Of a stretch of DNA of 64,000 nucleotides, positions 1 through 10,250 are shown in pieces. This stretch comes from Ophelia neglecta. Lineage: Eukaryota. The translations under genes and the position numbers were made by a program. Numbering within the stretch: the stretch's first letter is position 1; every line of letters starts with the position of its first letter. A model generated the notes under the pieces. It did not search any database, was not told where the DNA came from, and worked only from the letters and a program-made list of their open reading frames with translations. The DNA lies in assembly GCA_965285935.1 (NCBI GenBank), contig OZ260667.1, positions 44,330,001 to 44,394,000 on the forward strand, in the 5' to 3' direction.

Positions 1-1
1 T

Positions 2-523
2 AGGATCTGTCACGGGTTTTCCAGGATCACCGGCCACATTGGCTCCCGTCGCCGGTGCCACGGTCTGCTTCTCACCAGATCCGTCGGCAGGAACCCCTGT
101 AGATGTACCCTTGGACTGCTCATTGATATGTTTGCGGGATTTTATTGCATCACCATCGGGATATAGGCCTGAAGTAGGGGGCTGATATTCAGGCCTGACG
201 CGGTCTCCGCCACCGGGACTTGGCAGGGAGACAGGCTGCGGACTGGCTGGGACGATGTTGATGTTGGGAAGGGCGTCAGCGCGTGCCTGTTGTACCTCGC
301 CTGCTTGTTGACTGGGCGAGGGAAGGGGCTGTTCGAGCCAGAATTGAACTGTGTCGTTCCGCCCGAGGGGCCCTTCAACAGGCTCGTTGCTGTCCTCACT
401 ATACTCAGAACTACCAGAAAGCCACTCCTCCCAGCTTTCCTCGGAAAATGTCCGATCCCTTGGTGACACACGATCCCGCAAATTAGCCGACAGGGACTCG
501 TTGGCATCCGTTCCACATGTGCT
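2..523 (-). CDS. Open +1 frame continuing the TRIM gene past its stop; at least 174 codons, runs off the window
   Basis: Hand translation STCGTDANESLSANLRDRVSPRDRTFSEESWEEWLSGSSEYSEDSNEPVEG...ALPNINIVPASPQP...GDPGKPVTDP has no stop. The frame is open from 823 to 2. Composition is GC-rich and coding-like. It is absent from the ORF track because it has no stop inside the window. Confidence 0.55.
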
Positions 524-2300
524 AAAGACGATTCCCGGTTGCCCGGGGCGTTTGGGCGTCGTAGAAGACATCATCGCCCTGGTCGAAGCTGTAATGGCCA
601 GACTTCCTGACCCAGGAGGGTTTGTTGTCTCCGTCGCCGGCGTCCAAACTCTGTGTCTGATCCTGGGCACGCTCCCGTCGCCGACGCCTCCTCGCCGCCA
701 AGCTGTTGTCCTCGTCTGCGGCTGAGTCAGTCGACCGACGGACACCACCCGCCGGTGGCACTTGCTGCTGCAGCGATCGGGAGCGCGTGTTGATGCCGAT
801 ATCCGCGGTCTGTATTTTATCGGTCATCGTGCCGGTGTCGGTCATCTCTGGTCCCTCGGAATCTGAGTCTGAATCCGAGTCCGAACTGCTGCTGCTGCTG
901 GACTCAGACGAGTCCATTTGCTTCTCCGTCTGCACGCCGAATTCTCTCACCTCCGGCTTGCTTTTCTCGTCGTCGTCGTCAGATTCGTCGGAGTCACTCC
1001 CACTATCGCTATCATCGTCATCCTCGGAGCCTGAGCTATCGCTCTCGTCGTCCTTGTCCTTGGTCGTCTTCTTGCCGAGCTTGGTGATGGCGGTGTCCGT
1101 CTGGGTTTGCTTGTGGTTGAGATTGACGGTGATTTCCTGCATACCCGTGCCGTCTGCCCGCGTGGTCAGACGTGAGGTGCTGAGGGGACGGTCCGAGTCT
1201 TGGATATGGCCAAGGTTTACCATGCCCGGAAAGAAGTTTACGACTGTTTTTATCGTCTTCGGCAAGTCTCTTACATTCACCGAGTTCAGTGTGGTCAGTT
1301 TCTCTTGGACATCTTTTTTGAGAAGCAATAATTCGATATCTTTTCCTTTGAGAATCACTTCGGTAAGGTTACATGTGTTACGCAAACTGTCAACTTGTGT
1401 CGAAAGGTCCTTTTTGTTTTCTATAATATCCATGCATTCTTTTCCGTAGATATTCTGCAGCTCTTCTACTAATATTTTCTCGCGGTTTCTTATATCCTGA
1501 ATCAATTTGATGGCGTGATCGTGTACGTTCTGTTCGACGGTTTTTATGATGTCTGCACAGCTGTTAAGCGAGTCCAGTTGGGTGTCGAATTTGGTGATTT
1601 TGTCTTGACAAGAACCAAGTAGGACTTCGATGTTCTCCTTGTATTTGGAGACAGCTTCTCCAAATTGGCTGATCTCGTGGTCCTTGTGCTCGTTGAAGGT
1701 GCACAGAACACAGATACATGTCTCGCAGGGCTCGCAGTAGAATCGTACCACCTCGTCTTGGTGCTCTTTACACTCGATATCCTTCTCGATTTCCACGTCG
1801 AAAATACTGTGGTTGGCGGTGACTTTTGTCTCCCTGTGCATCTTGACGCATTGGGAGCACAACAGCTTGGCACAATCCAGACATTTACTGCTGGCGTCTT
1901 TGTGCTTACGGGTCACCATCTTACAGATATCGCAGAACGGGTACTTGCTCGGCTTCTGGCGCTGCACAATCTCGGACATGGCGGACACCATGAAGTTGTC
2001 CGGCAGCTTCTTGACACCGCCAATGGGCAGCTGGGTCCTCTTGCGACATAGCGGGCAGGTAAACTCGCGGTAGTCGCTGTACTTCTTGTAGGTCGACTCG
2101 GACATCACGTGCTGTTCGATACATTGCTCGCAAAACGTGTGGAGGCAGTTGAGACTTTTTGGGCTTTTGTAACTTTCTAGGCATATCTTACAGGTCAGAA
2201 ACTCTTCATGAATCTCCTGGGCCAGCTTGCCCGAGGACGTCGCGCCTGCCATGGTGAAGTTGCTGGACCGTCCATGAGGACTCGGTGATCTGTTCATTCC
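522..2300 (-). CDS. TRIM/RBCC E3 ubiquitin ligase (RING, B-box1, B-box2, coiled coil, acidic disordered tail), main coding exon; TRIM2/3/56-like
   Basis: 591-aa ORF with RING CKIC...CLHTFCEQC...CPLC, the linker GGVKKLPDNF, B-box1 CDIC...CLDC...LCSQC...H, B-box2 CKEHQDEVVRFYCEPCETCICVLC...H and a following helical region. Splice acceptor tttcttttcctcatcag|GGA ATG at 2300. No NHL or filamin domain in frame 0. Confidence 0.95.
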   Translation of the reverse strand, partial: GMNRSPSPHGRSSNFTMAGATSSGKLAQEIHEEFLTCKICLESYKSPKSLNCLHTFCEQCIEQHVMSESTYKKYSDYREFTCPLCRKRTQLPIGGVKKLPDNFMVSAMSEIVQRQKPSKYPFCDICKMVTRKHKDASSKCLDCAKLLCSQCVKMHRETKVTANHSIFDVEIEKDIECKEHQDEVVRFYCEPCETCICVLCTFNEHKDHEISQFGEAVSKYKENIEVLLGSCQDKITKFDTQLDSLNSCADIIKTVEQNVHDHAIKLIQDIRNREKILVEELQNIYGKECMDIIENKKDLSTQVDSLRNTCNLTEVILKGKDIELLLLKKDVQEKLTTLNSVNVRDLPKTIKTVVNFFPGMVNLGHIQDSDRPLSTSRLTTRADGTGMQEITVNLNHKQTQTDTAITKLGKKTTKDKDDESDSSGSEDDDDSDSGSDSDESDDDDEKSKPEVREFGVQTEKQMDSSESSSSSSSDSDSDSDSEGPEMTDTGTMTDKIQTADIGINTRSRSLQQQVPPAGGVRRSTDSAADEDNSLAARRRRRRERAQDQTQSLDAGDGDNKPSWVRKSGHYSFDQGDDVFYDAQTPRATGNRL

Positions 2301-3021
2301 CTGATGAGGAAAAGAAAGAAAAAATAAACCTTAGTTTCTGCTGATGGCATGTGGGTATCTAAAATTTATACATGTGCTTATTATAGACAATTAACCATTA
2401 GCAAAATCGTGTATCATCACTAATCTTATGTCTCATTCTAAGAAAAATGTCTGATAGTGAATGTATCGGAAATCGATGCTTCCTATTAACATTTGTTTTC
2501 ATTTACTTATTTATTTAGAAGTAGCCGCGTTGACATCTGTCTGAGAATGAGTCAATGAAGTTTAAATGTTTAACTGAGACATAACAAGTTGAACTTTGTA
2601 TTGATAAAATAGGAGTGATATCAGTTCTGCTAAGAAGGCTATAGTCTCTCAGCACAAGTGTTCAGGATTATCATTATCTTTGTTTATCTTATCGTGCAGT
2701 GCAGGAGTTTTGGCCAGAAATCTATGTCTCGATTTCAACAGCCAAAAGGTAATCAAGCGGATTCTAATGGGGCGAAAGAATGCCGGAGGTATGGCATATC
2801 TAAAGCTATTTTAAGAGCTTTATAAGTAACGCTGGTATGAGAGTTTTACAGTAGACAAGAACACTAAATCAAAACATACATCATCTTAACACACATGCTG
2901 AATACCACCAAAAACATTGTACACTAGTGCTAATGAATGCTGCCTCGAAACTCGTCCTTGCTGTTTCGAGGCTGACATGCGGTAAAAAGAAAAACATGCT
3001 TTAGTAACCAAGCCAGCTTAC

Positions 3022-3075
3022 TCCTCTTTCATCGTCGTAACTTCGTCCAGGGCTCAGGCGATTTGGTGAATGCAT
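3022..3075 (-). CDS. Candidate alternative first coding exon of the TRIM gene (MHSPNRLSPGRSYDDERG)
   Basis: ATG at 3075 with an in-frame upstream TAA, 18 codons, then donor GGA|gtaagc in phase 0, which matches the phase-0 acceptor at 2300. Confidence 0.6.
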
Positions 3076-5205
3076 TTTCTCAGTATTAATCCACAATTAT
3101 GAATTTCTATCCAAATTGAAATATCAATCTGCTCAATAGGCGGGCTGTGATAAATATTTCCTTGTTATAAATGTGAGCTGCCTATGATATACTGTCACTT
3201 TTCTGCCAAGATGCTGTGTTGTTTTTCTCGTTCAGGATTCTATGAAATGCTGCGTATTCCTTGCTTCTCTAATGATCGGTATTTGAAGACGCCGAGCTCA
3301 AGGATCGGCAACGGCGATGGCTTGATTCTGGGGAGAAGTGTATAACAATGGTGAGAGTATTCCGAGGAATCTGCGCTATTATCCTAATTCCACTCTATGA
3401 TGATTTTAAACGCGGATCACTTTAAACTCCAGTGGAATAAACGGCACATGGGCGGAGGCCGACACGATCGAACTTCTCCGGCAGTTCTTTGATTGGTGAG
3501 TGCTCCAAGCGCAGTGCAGAAACATATCTATAGCGTTGGCTACTTCGGTGAGGTGTTGCTCATGCAGGGGGAACTTCTTACTTGTGCGTTTGACTCATTC
3601 TACACTCGGTGTGTTGGTAGAATGCTTTCCGTATAGTCTCAAGTATTTGTCCGCCAATCAGAGAATTTATCTACATCTACATATTCATCGGAGCCGAACA
3701 AAAACAATCACTGGATAACAGTTTACAAATGCACAGTTGCTCATCGCAGGCTTATGACTGGCTTATGACTGGCAGACGGGGGCATCTTTCTCGCTGACAT
3801 GGATGATGAGGCCTGACTCCCCCTGGCATCCAATAGCTTAGTTAAATACACGCGGCTGCCTTACGATCCTGAGGGCGGGAAAGGGCGAGGGGGGGGGGGG
3901 TGCAGCCTTTTATTATTGGTTTTGTTGGCTCCACTGGGGCAAAAAAGAACACAGCTGATTCCGTCATATTATTATAAATTTAATGTCAATCTGTGCGCTC
4001 AGCTAAAGTCAAGGTATGTTAAATAATATATAGTGCATTGATTTATTAAAATACTGCATTGTTGGTGAGTCGAAACATGGTTTAAACCATTGCTGAGAAC
4101 ACTCAAATGGGGTCATAATCGTGTAGCTAATATACCCGTAAATCTGCTGAGTTCCTCCCCAGGCCAACCCAACGTTAATCAGGGGATATTTTTCGTTGCT
4201 TCGTACAAATAGTTTGGCAAGTTGTCCCTCAGTGAATTATGAATGGATCTATTTTTAACCGAGTCGACCGAGTCTCCCCAGCTAACTGACAACCCCCTCC
4301 ACTTCTGGGTAGAAGTCCTGAGATATAGCGAGTAATATTTCCGTGGTAACTTTGACCCGGCAGACTCATGTGGATGTGGGCGATGCGTGTCAACAGAGAT
4401 GCCAAGAAACAGATGCCTGAGCTAATCCAATCCAACTTCTTAAACTCACGGCTTCTAACTATTTACAGATTACAAATGTAAGGCTGAGGCGGAGATTATC
4501 ATTTTCGGGCTATCTAAAACAAACCAATGTAAATCAGTGGCCAAAGCCGATAGATTCGCTACTCAGGTTCCGAGTTCCCATACTTCCTAGTAATTAGATA
4601 GTTAGAGCCCCAGCTGAGGATGAGACTCCTCTCGTTGTGCGAGCCAGAGGAAAACCTATTCGTGGTTTATTGGTATCAAAACATTTCCAGAACCTACGTC
4701 AGGCCTGGCGCTGGGATGTGTTGTATACGTCTGCTCGCCACGTCCCGTTCACCTCTTGTTTATCGGTTATCCATATGCCGAAATATACCACAGGCCTGTA
4801 TGATCAACGTTGTATCTGGCTTTCAACCAGGTCAGTGTTTATGTTGACCGGAAACGCGTATTAATTTTTTTCAATATAGTTGGGGCTCGATTTTCCTCCG
4901 ACTATGTAATTATTCCAGATTATGTAACCATTCACTTTGGTTTTAATCAATGTCATTGCCAATCATTATTTATTTGTGTAATGAGAATAACTGCCAAATC
5001 TCGCAGAGGCGAGTAAATGTATATTTCTTGTGGGAATCATACTTTTTCATGAACTGATCTGTTTTTTATTTTTATTTACCAACCCAGTCGTATTTTGTTA
5101 TACTTAATAATAAATATCCGGCTATTTACTGCCCATCATAGAACAGAAAGCCAAATCAGAATACAGTTCCGGTAATAGATTATTGTCGTACACGTCGCAA
5201 CTTAC

Positions 5206-5239
5206 CGTGTGCGTTTTGGTCTTGTTGCTGGCTCTAGAA
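5206..5239 (-). CDS. Candidate 34-nt cassette micro-exon of the TRIM gene (SRASNKTKTHT)
   Basis: ctctttgtctccag|...CACACG|gtaagt. Length 3n+1, open when entered in phase 2 and left in phase 0. Confidence 0.55.
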
Positions 5240-5613
5240 CTGGAGACAAAGAGGGGGAATATTTACGCCAAAAACGCCGAGCAATAAGAAATAAATTCTG
5301 AAACAACAGGTAGTTAATAAAAACAGGCATGCAATAAAATTTAGTTAGTTTTATTAATAAGCAAAATCATACATGCTTTAAAACAAACAAAGTAATGAAC
5401 TAAGTGGGAATGGGAAGCAGTACGGGTAAAGATGAATGTGTTGGTGTGTTCTTTTCGCTTTTAAATTCCGATTATGAAATAAGCGCCACAGTTGCGCATG
5501 GCTTCCTTTGTACGGATAGCTGAGCGTCAAACTTCCGTTGTATGTATAGCAGTATAGCAGATTATTATGAGAAGTCACGGGACAGGCATGGGTAAAATGA
5601 TTGGCTATGATAC

Positions 5614-5740
5614 CTTTCCAGTGGATTGGCGCCCGGATGAGGATTCAGATGAAGTATCGTCTGCGTCGTCTGACTCGTTCTTATCTAGTCCCCACCGACG
5701 AGTGCGGTAGGACAAACCGGAAGACATGACCTGTCCAAGT
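5614..5740 (-). CDS. Candidate 127-nt exon of the TRIM gene (LGQVMSSGLSYRTRRWGLDKNESDDADDTSSESSSGRQSTGK)
   Basis: tttctattttcctag| acceptor and AAG|gtatca donor. Open frame, GC-rich relative to the intron, exits in phase 0, contains its own ATG. Confidence 0.6.
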
Positions 5741-7417
5741 CTAGGAAAATAGAAATTAAACATGCAACTATCCAATTAATATGTCAAATTAAAAAAGAAG
5801 GATTCAACGTCAATGTCGGAGTAGGTCGGCATAAAAACGTCTTATTATTAGGAATTGAGCAGCAGGGGACGTACATTTACATACATTCCATAAAGAACTG
5901 GCGAACAAAATTTCCACCAACAAGGGTTAAAGCGAGGAGAGGCGGGGATAGCATTGTCACAGTAAGATGCAAGTTTATCAATAAACTTTGCTAGTTTATC
6001 AATAAACCGAATGTACGCAAATTGACCTGTTACCACATACGAGTGTGCGCTTTCCTATCATAACATATTTAATGGTCAAGGGCATTATTTGAAACCAATA
6101 TAGATTCAGGGTTACGCTGAATAAAATATATAACCGTTTTAACAACCGAGGCCAATAATGTAACCTAACAGACGTCTTCAGTGGTAATTTGCCTGTAGAA
6201 AGGCGAAGAAATAGACCAAACAAGTTCGGTAATAGCTAGTGTGCTTGGGACCTCTTTCTCGAGAACAAAGAGCTGATAAAGAGATACCTACACTTTTGAG
6301 GAGTTCAGCTCAGATACTCCGACCATGAAGCATATAGGTCACATGTGATCTATCATGGCGCCGCGGCCAAGGAATATAAACTAACTGCCAGCTTGTATGT
6401 GTGAAACAAAGACATGTATTACCCATGTAGATGTCAAACACAAAAACGTGTAAAAAAGCGGCAGCAATGACCTTTATCACATTTATATTTTTAACAGCCG
6501 GGTCTAGGCTTATATTGTATGTGACATTGAGATATCACTTCGCAAGAGGTATAGATAACATGAGACATACCATCGAGTATAATTTTTACTAATACTACAT
6601 AGACGAGTATAATGTTAACCGCCGTACTATACAAGGTAACTTCCTGTTTCATGAAATGTTTTCTCGAACAACCTTGCACCATCCTAACAAAGATGGACCG
6701 GGGCCTATTAAACAAGCGGCTAGATTTAGTTCAAGCTAAGCATTTCAGGCATTTCTGATTTCGAAACAATTAACAACAATAGTTTTATTCCTAAATACAT
6801 GAAGGGGGAACTTCTCACTGAAGACTGTTTTAGAGTGGTGCTGTAAAGTCGACCGGCAAGTTCTAGAACTAGTTTAAAAACATCAGGATGGTACTCCACA
6901 TGCCAGATATGACGTGTTTCTACCGGAAGTCGAGTGTTATGGCGGCCATGCCGGTAGTAGACACAGAAGCTTCTACAGATCATGGTATTGTTTATGTATA
7001 GTCCAGATTACTTGGCAATTTGGTCCTAAACTCCTAAGCTATTGAAACACAGCAAATAGCAGCTGCGGAAACATGCCTAGAAACTTTGTGCCCCATATCA
7101 TGCTAGCTGCTATAAAGAAAAGCATCAGAAACTACATGTTCAAAGTACACGGCTTTAGAGACAACAGACGAAAATAAGCAACACGGATTAAACATAGTTT
7201 CTAAAGTATAAAATCAATCACCTACAAAAAAAATGTGCAAAGCTAGTTCACTACAGTTATACTTACATAATAAATTGGCTTGGTAACTCAACCAGACACT
7301 TCTATTTTAGTTATAAGTGGCAACCAGTCAATTTCAGACATTTCGACTCGTGATAACAATCCCACATCAGACCAAAGCCGGTTAAGTATTTAAAAGAATT
7401 TTCAATTCTGTACTTAC

Positions 7418-7524
7418 CGCTTTTTCCCTCATACGAGGAGTGTTTTTTGGCGGTTTTCAACTGTTCCTGCTTGGTTTATTTGTCGTCTTGAAGTTTAGAC
7501 ACTTCACGAGTTATTGCACTGTCT
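7418..7524 (-). other. Candidate mostly non-coding 5' exon of the TRIM gene, ending ATG AGG GAA AAA GCG (MREKA)
   Basis: tctctctatgtttctag| acceptor and strong GCG|gtaagt donor. In-frame stop upstream of the ATG; phase-0 exit. Confidence 0.45.
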
Positions 7525-9749
7525 CTAGAAACATAGAGAGACAGAATCCGAGTTAAACGAATCGGCAGCATGCACACAGATATCCAGACGTTAGCCTGTC
7601 TATTTTAGTACCATGGCTTGCAGACACATCAAGTAAAACCTCGATCTTATTACTGGTAGATGGCTTCTTGGGAAACCAAAGACGGACGAACTATTCCATT
7701 TCAATATTGGTTCTCAACCCCTTGCTGATGAATCTCTGTAATGAGTGGCCTAAATGCTCTGGTGTTCAGTAAAAAAAAGTCAGTCCGCATATATCATATT
7801 ATTTTTACCTCAAACGATAAATTAGCAACTATTTCGACAGAGTTCCTTTCAAACGGTTATACAAAAAATCGAATCGAAGCTCCTTCTATGTGGTGGTGTG
7901 CGTAGTAGTACGGCACAACGTGCGAAAAGACTGAATCGTATACCATTGCATTAATATTCTGAAACGTAAGTATTGCGAATTTTAGGTCAATAGTGGGGAA
8001 AACAGTACACGGTATGAAGAAATCTAGGTGCCGCCATCTTGTTACTATTATCCTACCGGCAAAATATGTTGATGTGGTGCTATGACTATAGGATTTCATG
8101 TCTACACGTGTACATCATTTGTAGACTCTTTGTTCAGAACTGGAGATCTGTGCAGTGAAGGCAACGGAGAATGTATTGGTTAAAGTGGCCTGGAAGTTTC
8201 CAATACTGAGCCCCATAGGTGCACAGCTTTGCGCAGGTGTCCTATAGTAAAATAAAATCGCTACTCAAAATAATCCAAGTCTTAAAACATTAAAGTTTAC
8301 GGTCTTTGCTATTATCTCAGCTATCATGTGATTCTGTGTTTGATAAAGCCTCGAAGTCAAATCGACAAGTATTTGACCTGTTAAACTTTCTGAACTAATG
8401 GAGGCTGAAAGTCTTTGTTTCGTGATTGTTTTTTACTTGAATAGTTGTCGGTCTTTCGAAGGGTCACTTCAGGTGAATATTAGATGGACTGGCTCTGAGT
8501 TAAGGGTCAATTTAGGAAAATTGATATGCTCCGCGATGGACATATTTCTACACAAAACAGGTGGTGAATGAATGCCAGGTTTTCACTAAAGAATGCGCAT
8601 TCACCAATTTGTACCGAAGGTTGTGTTGTGGCATATAGAAAATAGGCCCCAAGTCTTATCACGGGGCTTTGATTTGAAGTGCAGCCAGTAAACAAGTTCC
8701 TGAACTGTTAAGCCCACACGAAACACCAAACATACAAACAATCACTGAACAATATTGAAATATTGTGTGCCAGACAGACTAGGCACCCCTGCATTTTGAA
8801 ATATGTATTTTATCTGTCAGTCTGAGTAAAGTGAAAATGAAATTTAGGGACAACAAATCTATGTAACCTGCCTCATTACTAAACAGGTTGATTTTGTTTC
8901 GTGTCGACAGATGAGTAGCAGTTAATAAGGTCGTTGTTGGTATACGATTTAGAAGCAGACGAGGGAGAATGCTATCAAATAGATAAACACTCTCATGTGG
9001 ATGGTATTTAGAGTCAAGATGTCATCATCAAGACCTCTATCAAGGAGAGAGGTAGAGCACGACCTCCAGCCGTCAGGCGGCCATGAGCTCTTGTCTGGGT
9101 GCAGAGGGATCCATGGGAGCTTTAGAAATAACAAGTATTTTTGACATCACTGCATGGTCTGTAGGTTTGAATCCGAGACATATCAACTATATATGATCGA
9201 ATTTAATTTACAATAACAAAAAACAACAGACACTAAGCATTAAGATTCCCCCTTTTGACTGAGGATTTCTTGAACGGTTTTAGCCAAGATGCTCCAAGTA
9301 AAATCTGTAGTATATACAGGTAAAGAGAAAGGAGCATGCATATGGTATTTCATAAATCTCATCGGGAATAAAGGTATCGTAAGGCCACCAGCAGTGTCCA
9401 AGAGTCTAATATTTACAGCACCATGAGGCAAATTTCAATATAGTAAAATAGCTTGAGTTGGTGGTGCTGACATTTGAGCGCCAGTGGCCAGAACTTCTTG
9501 TTCCACCTGTCTATTTTTGTAACAGTTAGTATTTAGTGTACTGTCTAAGAAGAACCTGTAAGCAGGGCCATGTTCACTGACTGTCCTGGCGGAGTATTTA
9601 GAGCTCGCGAGTAGTTAGGGTACGGTCTTTATTGATAGGGGGGGGGGGGTCAAACCAAATCAGCATATTAGCAGAAGTTGAAACACTACTGCAATGCCTA
9701 CATTATACCAAAAGGATGTTATGCAATAAACAAACAAAAAAAAACAATA

Positions 9750-10250
9750 TCTCGACCGAGAAAATTAAAGATCAAGAAGTACGCAACCGAAAATTCTATT
9801 GTTTCTCGTTTGAAAAAAGAGCCGAAGCAAAGCCAGGAAGCTCTTGGAAGCTCCTCCGGCATTGTATGTATTGCTCAACACAATCCACTGTTGCAGGTCA
9901 ATGTGAGGAACATGGTGTCATTTTCCTCACAGTATAACCCCCTGTATAACAGGCATTTGTGTCTTGTGCCAAGACAACGATATAGGTCCATTAGCACATA
10001 TGATGTGTGAGGGAGGTTGCCACATTCTGAACGAACTCCGTAGTAGGCCTACATTTTGGGAAGAAATGGTTGACCTGTTAGATCACGTAGACTTTGTACA
10101 ATTATATAACTTATCAGACAACAAGAAATTAGTTCCGATACTCTTGGGAAATAACATGGACGATAAATTCAAATGTAATTACCCAGAATTAACAGAGCTT
10201 GTCAGCTCTACGTTTAGGTCATGTTTTCATTTGAATATAGGTTGAATAAT
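9750..10250 (+). mobile_element. Decayed 3' end of non-LTR retrotransposon ORF2 (CCHC knuckle)
   Basis: GICVLCQDNDIGPLAHMMCEGGCHILNELR...FWEEMVD...ILLG has the CxxC-x9-H..C..L..R layout of LINE ORF2 C-termini. Upstream sequence is frame-broken. Confidence 0.55.

Noticed and set aside
142-516. 124-aa minus-strand ORF in the ORF track
   Set aside because: It lies in the third frame with a non-ATG start, and is shorter and less protein-like than the overlapping +1 frame.
483-524. Stop-codon readthrough of the TRIM UAG-C
   Set aside because: Frame 0 hits TAA after 12 codons; the long open frame is +1.
283-2184. Plus-strand and alternative-frame ORFs over the TRIM exon, such as 706-1449
   Set aside because: Antisense or off-frame shadows of a GC-rich, low-complexity coding exon.
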